Translations under genes and position numbers: made by a program | Shown here: piece after piece, positions 43,257 through 52,014 of the stretch | Layout: each line of letters opens with the position of its first letter | Numbering within the stretch: the first letter of the stretch is position 1 | From: a virus | Taxonomy: Duplodnaviria; Caudoviricetes | Virus record (IMG/VR): IMGVR_UViG_3300032243_000867 | Coordinates: 1 to 64,000 of that record | Reading direction: 5' to 3' (one strand) | Length of the DNA stretch: 64,000 nucleotides | Notes under the pieces: model-generated | What the model was told of the DNA's origin: nothing | Seen by the model: only the letters and a program-made list of their open reading frames with translations | The model's database searches: none

Positions 43257-44924
43257 TTGACCTCCCCTGCCTACGGGGGCGGAACCCCCGAAGTGAAGGA
43301 ACTCTCTGCCATGGATCGTATCGCCGCTCGGAACATCGTTCGCAGGGTGCTGTTCGCCATGATCGCGAAGCATCAGGCGAATCAAGCCCCCCTCCCCAAG
43401 AAGGCGTCTCTCCCGACGGGGAACGTGCTGACGGGGTTGGATATGCTGGCACGCGCCCAGTTCCTGGAGGGTCTGGCGGGTAAGCCTTTCGGTTCAATCT
43501 CCTCCAAGGCGGGGGGCGGGAGGCCGGTGGCCAAGAAGGTCATCGGGAAGTTGCTTCTCCTTCTCGATCCGACTCTCAACCCTGCGGACCTCGAACCGAA
43601 GCACGAGAAAGAAGTCGAAAAAATTCCGGCGGGTCCCGGAATGACGGGCAGCAAGCTGAACGAATGGGTCAGCGACGCCGGGGCTTCCGGCCTCTACCGT
43701 TCCGCATGGCTCGGGGCGAACCGCGCACTGGCCCGTACTCGCGGGCCGACGGGCTCGGGTCTTGAGGCGACGGATGTCCTCACGGCGAATATGCTTCGCT
43801 TCATCGACCCTTCTTCGGGGGAGCCCGCGATGGACGAGGCTGCTCTCGAAGAGTTCGCCCAATCCGCGAGCATGGGGGAGAAGCAAGAGGTTCTTGAGAA
43901 CCAAGAGAAGGCCCTTCGGGACGGCGTTCTGGAAGAAGCCGCCAACATGGGCAACTTCTTCTGGATGGCCGGAAAGAAGATGCAAGCGGCCAAGGCGAAG
44001 ATCCTCTCCGAGGATATCGGCATCGACCGTCTCGGTGGAATCGTCGCCCGGTACGCCTTCAACGACGCGAGCAAGCTCGTGGAGAAGCTGGAGACGGAAT
44101 CCCGCGCACTGGCCCGCGCGCTGAAGTTGGATATGCTCCCCGGCGCTAACGAGGAGCGGGCCGACTTCGACCTGGGAGAGCTCACCCCCACGGGTTGGGG
44201 TTACGTCATCCAGGCCGTCCTCGGGGACCCGAACAGCCACTTCTCGCAGGAAGTGTTCGACTGGATGCTGGACGACGTGAAGTTCCACCCTTCCCTCAAC
44301 GACAAAGAGAAGCAGGTGATGACCGCGTACGTCCAGGCCGTGATCGACGGGCGGCTGTCGGGCTTCATGAGCGCCGAGGGGGCGAGCGCGGGTCGTGGCG
44401 CTGACCGGGGCTTCATCGAGGACTACAACCGCCGGAACCCCGACGCCACCCTCACCCCCAACTACTTCGGCGTCGTCAAAAACAAGTATTTTGGAAAGGA
44501 CGGGGCGGAAGTTGCGAAGCGTCTTCACGACGAAGCCCCCGAGTGGAAGCTGGACGCAGAGGACCAGTTGTTCCTGATGAACGCGCAGAAGGGTCGCGGG
44601 AAGTTCGCCGCTCAGAAGGTCGCCGCCGAGGAGCGCGCCCTGCGCTCCAAAATCATCCGTCTGGCGCACCAGAACCCGGCGATGCGCCCGCACCTTCTCC
44701 CGCTGCTGGTTCGCACGGCGGCGGGGGAAGAAGGAACGCTGGCGGGGCGGACGTGGGGCGGTCCGGGCGCGGGCCGTGACTGGGACTGGAACAAGCCCGA
44801 GTATGCTTCGCACGAGGATTCCCCCCCCGCGGGTTCCAACGGCAGCACCGAGCGCGCGGAGTACAACAAGTGGTACCGCGAGAACGTCTGCCCTTCCAAG
44901 CACGGCACGGGTTGCGGTCTGTAA
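43257..44924 (+). CDS. Large protein with LRSKIIRLAH tag near the C-terminus
   Basis: 555 aa; ALRSKIIRLAHQNPAMRPHLLPLLVRTAA at 44640-44723. Confidence 0.75.
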   Translation: MTSPAYGGGTPEVKELSAMDRIAARNIVRRVLFAMIAKHQANQAPLPKKASLPTGNVLTGLDMLARAQFLEGLAGKPFGSISSKAGGGRPVAKKVIGKLLLLLDPTLNPADLEPKHEKEVEKIPAGPGMTGSKLNEWVSDAGASGLYRSAWLGANRALARTRGPTGSGLEATDVLTANMLRFIDPSSGEPAMDEAALEEFAQSASMGEKQEVLENQEKALRDGVLEEAANMGNFFWMAGKKMQAAKAKILSEDIGIDRLGGIVARYAFNDASKLVEKLETESRALARALKLDMLPGANEERADFDLGELTPTGWGYVIQAVLGDPNSHFSQEVFDWMLDDVKFHPSLNDKEKQVMTAYVQAVIDGRLSGFMSAEGASAGRGADRGFIEDYNRRNPDATLTPNYFGVVKNKYFGKDGAEVAKRLHDEAPEWKLDAEDQLFLMNAQKGRGKFAAQKVAAEERALRSKIIRLAHQNPAMRPHLLPLLVRTAAGEEGTLAGRTWGGPGAGRDWDWNKPEYASHEDSPPAGSNGSTERAEYNKWYRENVCPSKHGTGCGL

Positions 44925-44928
44925 ACCG

Positions 44929-45162
44929 CTACCCCGGCCTACGCCCGCCGCACACGAAGTAGTGCCAATCGGTGTAAAGGTAGATCGGCAGGAACTCCTC
45001 GCCGCACCCCGCACACACCGACCGCTTCACTTCCATCCGGTCCCGTCCCCGCTCCCACGTCACGGTCCCCACGGTGATCTTCGTTCCCCCGCACCGGGGG
45101 CACGGCTTCACCTTGGCCACGTCGGGCACGAACACGGTGGAGGTGGTTTTGGGATCGGACAT
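44929..45162 (-). CDS. Zn-ribbon protein
   Basis: CPRC...CAGC. Confidence 0.55.
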   Translation of the reverse strand: MSDPKTTSTVFVPDVAKVKPCPRCGGTKITVGTVTWERGRDRMEVKRSVCAGCGEEFLPIYLYTDWHYFVCGGRRPG

Positions 45163-45196
45163 CGTGAGCGCACCTTACGCGGGCGTAACGGTGGGC

Positions 45197-46468
45197 ATGG
45201 GTCACTTCAGCCAGACTTGCATGATCTCCCGCCTCCCCATCACCGGGGGCACGCCGATTCGCGTCTGCCTCCTTTCCGGCCCTCCCTACAAGGACGGCAG
45301 GGGGTTCCGATTCGGGGACGAGTGGTCGTTCCGGTCCATCCCGTTTCGGGCCGTATACAACGACTACGGTTCCATCGAGGACGTGCCCCCCGAGGACCGG
45401 GTGCTCGTGGACCTCGCTCTCGCCCAGTTCGACCGCGATGCCGTGGAGCTCCCCTTGGGGGAGAACCAGTACCACGACCCGCCCGTTACGAAGGGGATGC
45501 CAGCGGAAAGGTGGTGGGAGGCGCTGACGGAGGGACGCCTTCGCGTCCGTTCGTCGGATACCTACGAGAAGGTGAAGGTCCCGGCGGGCGTGCCGACATG
45601 GCGGCGGGTGTTGAAGGCCCTCCTCCGTGCGGAAGCAAAGGGGGAGCTCCCGCCGGGGGGAACGGCGACGCGCCTCGCCTACGGGGTGGTCAAGGTCGTA
45701 TTCAACGGCCAGTGGGAGAAGAAGACCGAGTGGTGCGAGAAGCTCCGTCCGATTCTGGAGCGGAAGTACCGGGTCGAGGTGCGGCACCGCTACGGACTTG
45801 AGTGGCACCGGGAGCACATGGAGAAGAGCCCCGATCCGAGCCCGTACACGGACGTCGAGTACATCCTCGCACCGAAGGAGGGACCCTTCCCCCCGACGAA
45901 CCCCCACCGGGAACGGCGTGAGCAGCGGTTCTTGAAGTCCCTCGAAGGACCCGTGCGGCACGATCCCCACGCCCCCATTCCCGTCGCTTGGGCGTTCGTC
46001 CGCGAGGACGTGTGGCAAGCGACGCTCTCCCTCGGGGGCCGGGAGCTGGACTGGTTCCCCACCCCTTCCGTGAAGCAGACGAAGGCCCGGTTGAAGGCGG
46101 GGATCGAAAAGGCGATCAAGAGCCCCGTGGGTCAGATCATCGGCGTCGGGTACCTCCTCGAAAACGACCTCCACGATCTCAAGACCACGCCGCCCTTCGT
46201 CCAAGGGATCGCGGACGAGGTCGCGGAGCTCGCGAAGCAGACGCGGGACGGGAAGGTGACGGCGAAAACCTACGGGCACGCCCTCACGAAGCTGTCCGAG
46301 TTCATCGTCGTGCGCTACGTGATGCTCGGTGCGTGCATCCCCCCGGTCCCGACCTACGGGGGGCCGCAGGACGGCGCGTGGGATACGCAAGCGGCGCTTC
46401 ACGCCGCGTTGGCCCCCGTGGTGGCGGGGGCCGTGAAAAAACAATCTTGGGAGGAGGACGAGCCGTAG
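45197..46468 (+). CDS. Hypothetical protein
   Basis: MGHFSQTCMISRLPI...; GGGCGTAAC 7 nt upstream; divergent from the Zn-ribbon gene. Confidence 0.75.
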   Translation: MGHFSQTCMISRLPITGGTPIRVCLLSGPPYKDGRGFRFGDEWSFRSIPFRAVYNDYGSIEDVPPEDRVLVDLALAQFDRDAVELPLGENQYHDPPVTKGMPAERWWEALTEGRLRVRSSDTYEKVKVPAGVPTWRRVLKALLRAEAKGELPPGGTATRLAYGVVKVVFNGQWEKKTEWCEKLRPILERKYRVEVRHRYGLEWHREHMEKSPDPSPYTDVEYILAPKEGPFPPTNPHRERREQRFLKSLEGPVRHDPHAPIPVAWAFVREDVWQATLSLGGRELDWFPTPSVKQTKARLKAGIEKAIKSPVGQIIGVGYLLENDLHDLKTTPPFVQGIADEVAELAKQTRDGKVTAKTYGHALTKLSEFIVVRYVMLGACIPPVPTYGGPQDGAWDTQAALHAALAPVVAGAVKKQSWEEDEP

Positions 46469-46476
46469 GGTGCCTC

Positions 46477-47262
46477 ATGACCTACGTTCTCCCCTGCACC
46501 GCTGACGCCCTTCTCGACCGAATCCCCGACGGCACCGTTCACCTGCTCCTCACGGACCCCCCGTACTACGGCATCGTAGAAAACGCATGGGACCGACAGT
46601 GGTCGAACGACCGTGAGTTTGCAGATTGGCTGTCGGGCATCCTCCTCCGCGCCCTCCCGAAACTCACCCCCACGGGCTCCCTCGTGTTCTTCGGCGGGCT
46701 GGGTCGGCACGGGAGCCACCCGCTGTTCCGGGTGGTGACGGCCCTCGAAGACGGGGGCTACACGTTCCGAAACTGGCTGACGTGGCGGAAGCGCCGCGCC
46801 TACGGCAAATCTCACGATTACCTGTACGTCCGCGAGGAGATCCTCTGGTTCTCCAAGTCGCCGGAACGTACGGGGGTGACGTTCAACAAGCCGTACACCG
46901 AAGAGCGAAGGGGCTACGAGGGGTTCAACTTGAAGTACCCCGCCCTGTCCGAGTTCAAGCGCGTGGGGAACGTGTGGACGGACATCGACCCGGTGATCGA
47001 CGATTGCCCGGAGCTCATGCGCCCCGAGCGGTCGTGCCAGAAGCCCCAACGGCTCATGGACCGCTTGGTGGCGGCGCACAGCAACGAGGGTGACTTGGTG
47101 GTGGACCCGTTCTCCGGGTGGGGCAGCACGGGGGTGAGCGCCGTCGCCCTCGGTCGGCGCTTTATCGGCTGCGAGGCCATCGAGGCAGACGCCCGGGCGG
47201 CGGACGAGAGAGTTCGTAACGCCGCGCCTATTGCCGCGCCTATCTTCGAGGTACTACGGTGA
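46477..47262 (+). CDS. N6-adenine/N4-cytosine DNA methyltransferase (beta class)
   Basis: LLLTDPPY, QKPQRLMDRLV, VVDPFSGWGSTG. Confidence 0.9.
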   Translation: MTYVLPCTADALLDRIPDGTVHLLLTDPPYYGIVENAWDRQWSNDREFADWLSGILLRALPKLTPTGSLVFFGGLGRHGSHPLFRVVTALEDGGYTFRNWLTWRKRRAYGKSHDYLYVREEILWFSKSPERTGVTFNKPYTEERRGYEGFNLKYPALSEFKRVGNVWTDIDPVIDDCPELMRPERSCQKPQRLMDRLVAAHSNEGDLVVDPFSGWGSTGVSAVALGRRFIGCEAIEADARAADERVRNAAPIAAPIFEVLR

Positions 47263-47930
47263 AGGTACTAGGAATTTCCACCACGACACACGCCTACGGG
47301 GAGTCCGCCAGCGGCGTGATGCTGGAAGCGGTGTTGCGGGTAGCGGCGGCGCGCGGCCACACGGCGACGGTCATCGACGCGGCCAAGCTCCATGTGGTCC
47401 AGAACCTGTCCTGCTACGCGGGCGGGGGTCGCAATTGTGCCCACCCCGACGCGGGTCCGTACCGCTGCTGGGCGCACAAGAACTCCGCGGACGACTCGGA
47501 CAAGTACGGGGGCGTGGACGAGATGCCCGTGTTGTACGACGGAATCGCAGACGCCGACGTGGTGGTGTGGGCGACGAGCGTCCGGTGGATGTCTCACTCA
47601 TCCCTCCTCCAGCGCGTAATCGAGCGCATGAACACGTTGGAGAACCGCGCATCCGTGTACGGCGAGCCCAACCCTCTCACCGGGAAGCTGGCGGGGGTGC
47701 TGGTGGCGGGCCAGCACTACGAGGGGCAGAAGGTCGCGATCTGTCTTCAAGAGGTGTTCATCCGCCTTGGGTTCACCGTCCCGCTCGACGCCCAGATGGT
47801 GTGGCAACGCACCCTCGACCTCACCGTCGAACAGGGCGACGGGTCGAACCGCCCGCACGTCGCCGCGCACTTGGTGTCCCCCACGGGCCGGGGGCAGATC
47901 ACCCGGTACCTCCAAGCTCTCGGGCTGTGA
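47259..47930 (+). CDS. Flavodoxin-like / NAD(P)H-dependent FMN reductase family protein
   Basis: KVLGISTT, SCYAG...C...C, ADADVVVWATSVRW, GKLAGVLVAG. Confidence 0.8.
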   Translation: MKVLGISTTTHAYGESASGVMLEAVLRVAAARGHTATVIDAAKLHVVQNLSCYAGGGRNCAHPDAGPYRCWAHKNSADDSDKYGGVDEMPVLYDGIADADVVVWATSVRWMSHSSLLQRVIERMNTLENRASVYGEPNPLTGKLAGVLVAGQHYEGQKVAICLQEVFIRLGFTVPLDAQMVWQRTLDLTVEQGDGSNRPHVAAHLVSPTGRGQITRYLQALGL

Positions 47931-47934
47931 CACC

Positions 47935-48570
47935 GTGAGGATCGCACACGTTTCTGACATTCACGGTCACTACAGCACCCTCGACCGGCTGGGGGGGGAC
48001 GCGCCCGACCTTTGGGTAATCACGGGTGACTTCTTCCCCAACAAGACCCGTGGCCACGTCCCGACCGAAACCCGCTGGCAGACCAACTGGTTCGGCTACA
48101 AGTCGTTCAGCATCCGGCGGCGGTTGCTGGGCGCTCCCGTGCTCTTGGTACCCGGCAACCACGACTACGCCAACCTCGCGGGGCTCCTGCGCCGCGACGG
48201 GGTGGACGCCCGTGAGGTCGCCCCCGAGGGCTGCACCTTCGGGGGGTTGAGGTTCGCGGGCTTCGGGCACATCCCGATCATCGCGGGCGAGTGGAACCGA
48301 GAGAGCACCACGCAGGAGCTCTACGACCTCACGCACCGCACCCTCGACTGCGACCCGGACGTGCTGCTCACCCACGCCCCGCCCGACGGCATCCTCAACG
48401 GGCGCTACCCCGGCATCGGGCCGCTCACCACCGCCCTCACCTACCGCCCGCATCGGGTGACCCATCACTTCTTCGGGCACAGCCACGAAGACGGCGGCAA
48501 GAGCGTCGAGCACATGGGCATCACCTTCGTGAACAGCGCCACGACCCTTCAGCGGGTCGATCTACCGTAA
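47935..48570 (+). CDS. Metallophosphoesterase (calcineurin-like)
   Basis: SDIH, ITGD, PGNHD, LTHAPP, FGHSHE. Confidence 0.9.
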   Translation: MRIAHVSDIHGHYSTLDRLGGDAPDLWVITGDFFPNKTRGHVPTETRWQTNWFGYKSFSIRRRLLGAPVLLVPGNHDYANLAGLLRRDGVDAREVAPEGCTFGGLRFAGFGHIPIIAGEWNRESTTQELYDLTHRTLDCDPDVLLTHAPPDGILNGRYPGIGPLTTALTYRPHRVTHHFFGHSHEDGGKSVEHMGITFVNSATTLQRVDLP

Positions 48571-48709
48571 CACCCCCGCCGTCGAACGGGGGGGCCGCTT
48601 CTGGCCCCTCTACGGGGCCGGGTAGAGGTAACGTACCCCCCGGAGGGCGCGCGGCCCTAGAATCGCCTCGTAGCGGTTTTCCGAAACGTCTTATCGTTCT
48701 CGGTAGGGC

Positions 48710-49096
48710 ATGAACCTCGAAGACTCGCCGCTTCCCCCTCCCCCCGCGATCCCCCGGGCGAGCTTTCACTGGGTGCCGCGCCCTACGGGTGCGAACGGGT
48801 TGGAGGAGTGGTGCCAGTGGTTGAACTTCCTCGACGGGATACTCACCGCCCACGCCCTCACCGGGGGGCGGTCTACCGAGCTCAACTTCTTGATGCGGAA
48901 GGCTTGGGATGCGTCACCGTTGATCTACGGGACGCTGAAGTTCTGGTTGTTCTGGTTCGGGCTGAAGTGCCTGGAGCGCGTCGCGGTCCTCAGCAAAGGA
49001 TCCCAGAACGTCCGGGAAACGATCTTGAAGGGGATCTTCATGGTGTTTCTCACGGTGTTCCTCTGGCACCTGTTCGTGCTCTCTCTTTTAAACTAG
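48710..49096 (+). CDS. Membrane protein, DUF5658-like
   Basis: LNFLDGILT...ELNFLM...KFW; hydrophobic helices. Confidence 0.65.
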   Translation: MNLEDSPLPPPPAIPRASFHWVPRPTGANGLEEWCQWLNFLDGILTAHALTGGRSTELNFLMRKAWDASPLIYGTLKFWLFWFGLKCLERVAVLSKGSQNVRETILKGIFMVFLTVFLWHLFVLSLLN

Positions 49097-49599
49097 ACTT
49101 CCCCCCCGTCTCGTAGTACCCGTCACCCGGATCGTCGCCCGTCTTCTCCTCTGTAGGTGGGGATCGGGACGTGGAAAACCCTCCCGGTCTGGACCTCGCG
49201 AACGCTTCTCCCGTGGAACGGAGCGGCCTCTCGAACAATAGCCCGGGGAAATACGGACCCCCTACCCCAACAGGGGGGTTCGACGGATTCCAGACCGAAA
49301 GGTCGCAGAAGTGGGGGCTAATCACCCCTCGAAGGTGGACGCTGCCGACGACATCCTCGGATACGAAGTCCTCCCGTAGACGCCGACGAGGTAGACCCGC
49401 AAGCCCCTGAGAAGGCTGGAACAGGTCTGACAGTCCCCCCTCCCGGCGAGTAAGGGTTTCAACTTCATCCCGAAGGATTCTCAAAGGTTCCACAGCTAGG
49501 TGCCTACGCAAGAGGCCCCGGAGAGAGGTACGAAAGACTCGCTCTCCACTTCCTTCAAGCCTCCCGGTTCCCGTTGGTCTTCCCCTACAAGGGGAGAGA

Positions 49600-49850
49600 G
49601 GGAACGAACCCTAGACCCGTAAGGGAAGGGTAGTAAAAGGGATAGAGGGTGAAGGTAGTTAGATCCAACAATAATAGAAACACTTCTCGAACCCGTACTT
49701 CTCGAACTCCTACTCCTACTACTTCTCGAACTCCTACTCCTACTTCTCCTACTACTCTCTGTACTCGTACTAGTAGAACTACTCGTAGTAGAACCGATAC
49801 GAACTCGAAGACTGATCGCGAAGGATTGAAGCCTTGTAGCTGAGAATCTG
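49600..49850. repeat. A/T-richer, strand-skewed repeat region; candidate replication origin
   Basis: 24-bp tandem ACTTCTCGAACTCCTACTCCTACT at 49697 and 49721, third ACTTCTCGAAC at 49682, purine-rich flank on the left. Confidence 0.55.
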
Positions 49851-49885
49851 ATCCCTATGAAGGGATCGGAAGGGCGAAGCCTTGC

Positions 49886-50257
49886 TTGGGAACCGTGAAA
49901 CGGTTTCCTTTCTTATCGGCGGGGAAGAGAGTGAGTGCTCTCTTACAAGCTCTGATTCCTTTTCAGCCTCTGGTAGATCAGTGCTGGGGACTCTTGAAGC
50001 GGACTTCCTACCTAGCCTTCCCCTCGACCTCTCGGTCGAATCCCTCTGAGTGGGTACGGGTAGGACGGGGCGAGGGATCTTATCCGGGAGACTTCTGGCA
50101 GGGGGTAGCGGTTCCGACTCTCTCGGAACTGATCGGGGTGTCGCCGTCCTACTCGGGGGGTTGGGCGAACCCGATGGCGAGGGCTCTCGTAGAGTCCTAC
50201 CTACGGAAGAACCTCAAGACCTCCCCTTGGGAGGTCTGGATCGACTTCGCCCGTTGA
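49886..50257 (+). CDS. Hypothetical protein (uncertain)
   Basis: 123-aa ORF with atypical codon usage ahead of holB-like gene. Confidence 0.35.
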   Translation: MGTVKRFPFLSAGKRVSALLQALIPFQPLVDQCWGLLKRTSYLAFPSTSRSNPSEWVRVGRGEGSYPGDFWQGVAVPTLSELIGVSPSYSGGWANPMARALVESYLRKNLKTSPWEVWIDFAR

Positions 50258-50287
50258 CCTTTCTCTGGGGGCGTAACGTCTCCGCCG

Positions 50288-50944
50288 ATGAAACCCCCTT
50301 CCTACGAAATCACCTCCTGTATCTTGTTTCACGGACCGGGAGCGGAAGCGGAGGGCTACGCCTCCGCGAAGGCTTACGGCAGGCTCCTCCCCTTCACGGG
50401 CTCGGAGTTGAAGAAGGAGGGGGCTCGGGAGCTCGTATCGCTTCTCTCTCACCGTCCCGTAGGCGGGGGTCGGGCGGCTGTCTTCGTCGGACCCGTAGAT
50501 GAGGTGAACCCCGCTACCAGCGACGTACTCCTCAAGACCATCGAGGAGTTCGACCCGGATGGCACCCGTCCGTTTCTCTGGGCGTGGGACCTCGGGGGCG
50601 TCTCCCTCACCTTGCGTTCCCGGTGCATCTTGAAGTTCTGCGCGGGCACGGACCTTCGCGGCGAAGCTCACGAGTCCACCGCCCGGGCGCTTCTCTCCGC
50701 CTATGAGGGCGGGGACTGGGTGACGGTGACCGAAGAGGCGAAGGGGTACGAGGACCTCGCATCTCTGATGCGATCCGTTGCGGACCTTCTCCCCCCGAAG
50801 CTTCGGGTGATGAACCCGGAGCCCCGGTACGCGAACCTTTGGGAGTGTTTGCGGGACCTGTTCGACGGGACGACGCTGACCCCGGCGCGGGTTGTCTCGG
50901 CGTTTCTTCTCGCTGAACACCGAACCGTAGTTGGGGAGCGATGA
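50288..50944 (+). CDS. holB: DNA polymerase III delta-prime-like clamp loader subunit
   Basis: Degenerate ILFHGPG, VDEVNPATSDVLLKTIEE, TLRSRC. Confidence 0.7.
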   Translation: MKPPSYEITSCILFHGPGAEAEGYASAKAYGRLLPFTGSELKKEGARELVSLLSHRPVGGGRAAVFVGPVDEVNPATSDVLLKTIEEFDPDGTRPFLWAWDLGGVSLTLRSRCILKFCAGTDLRGEAHESTARALLSAYEGGDWVTVTEEAKGYEDLASLMRSVADLLPPKLRVMNPEPRYANLWECLRDLFDGTTLTPARVVSAFLLAEHRTVVGER

Positions 50945-51903
50945 AGCTCCCGCCCGCGCTTTTGGTCGCCGGGTCGGACGCCCATCGACGGAGGGTGTTC
51001 CTCCGGGACTTCCTCTCCAAGTGCTCCGCCAACGGGTACGTGATCCAGCCCATGGACGGGGCAGACCGGGGGGCTTTGCAGAACCTCCTCAGCACGGTGG
51101 GGGTTCTGTTTCCGAACCCGACGGTGGCGTTGATTTCCCGCCCGGAGAAGGTCCACCCCCAGGACGTGGGGGATCACTTTCGCGATCCCGACCCCCTTCT
51201 CACCCTCCTTCTCGTGTCCGAGGAAGACAAGCCCGCAGGGGGGGTGCTAGACGGGTTCCCCCCGGCTCACACCAAGACTTTCTCCCTCCCCCCGTTCTAC
51301 AAGCTGGACGAGTACGCGGCGGACTTCGCGCGGGAGTGCGCGAAGTCCCGAGGCGTAGACCTTCCCGACGCGCTCGCGCGGGCGATGGTGAAGCGGGTGG
51401 GTAACGATCTGGGGGTGATCTCGTACGAAGCCGAGAAAGCCTCTCGGCTTGCCCTAGCCCTGGGGGTGAAGGTACTGGAGCCCGTACATCTCAAGGGAAC
51501 TCTCGCGCCGTTGACCGAGCTCGACGGGAGCACTGTGGTAGAGGCTCTTGGGACCCGCAACGCGAGAACCCTCGCGGACGATCTCGCCCGGTACAAGAAC
51601 TCCAAGAAGGGCGACCCTACCATCGAGCTTTGCGGGAGGACCCTCACCCCCGCGGTGTTTCGTTGGCTCCAAGCGGCTACGCTGCACGCGCGCGGGTGGT
51701 CGATCACCGCCGCTGCCGGTAGGGTCGGAGCATCGCCGTGGTACTGGGAGAACAAAATACTTCCGGCGGCGAGGGCGTGGGGAGTAGATGGTTGCCGGGG
51801 TATTCTCTCCGTGGTCGCCCGTTCTCAGAGCGCCGTGTTTGAGGGGTATGTACGCCCATGGGTAATCCTAGAGTCGGGATTGCTTCGCCTCGTTCAACGG
51901 TGA
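50941..51903 (+). CDS. holA: DNA polymerase III delta-like clamp loader subunit
   Basis: ATGA-coupled to the holB-like gene; VGNDLGVISYEAEKA segment typical of delta. Confidence 0.6.
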   Translation: MKLPPALLVAGSDAHRRRVFLRDFLSKCSANGYVIQPMDGADRGALQNLLSTVGVLFPNPTVALISRPEKVHPQDVGDHFRDPDPLLTLLLVSEEDKPAGGVLDGFPPAHTKTFSLPPFYKLDEYAADFARECAKSRGVDLPDALARAMVKRVGNDLGVISYEAEKASRLALALGVKVLEPVHLKGTLAPLTELDGSTVVEALGTRNARTLADDLARYKNSKKGDPTIELCGRTLTPAVFRWLQAATLHARGWSITAAAGRVGASPWYWENKILPAARAWGVDGCRGILSVVARSQSAVFEGYVRPWVILESGLLRLVQR

Positions 51904-52014
51904 CGGCCCCCCCCGTTTGCTTTTCGATAGCCCCCGCCCCTTACCCCCGGACGGGGGCTAACGTCCGGGAACCCCCGAAACCCTAGCGCCTTGATGACGA
52001 GTGAGGAGTCAACC

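Noticed and set aside
49649-49843. 64-aa TSRTPTPT ORF
   Set aside because: Low-complexity translation of the repeat region with atypical codon usage; better explained as non-coding.
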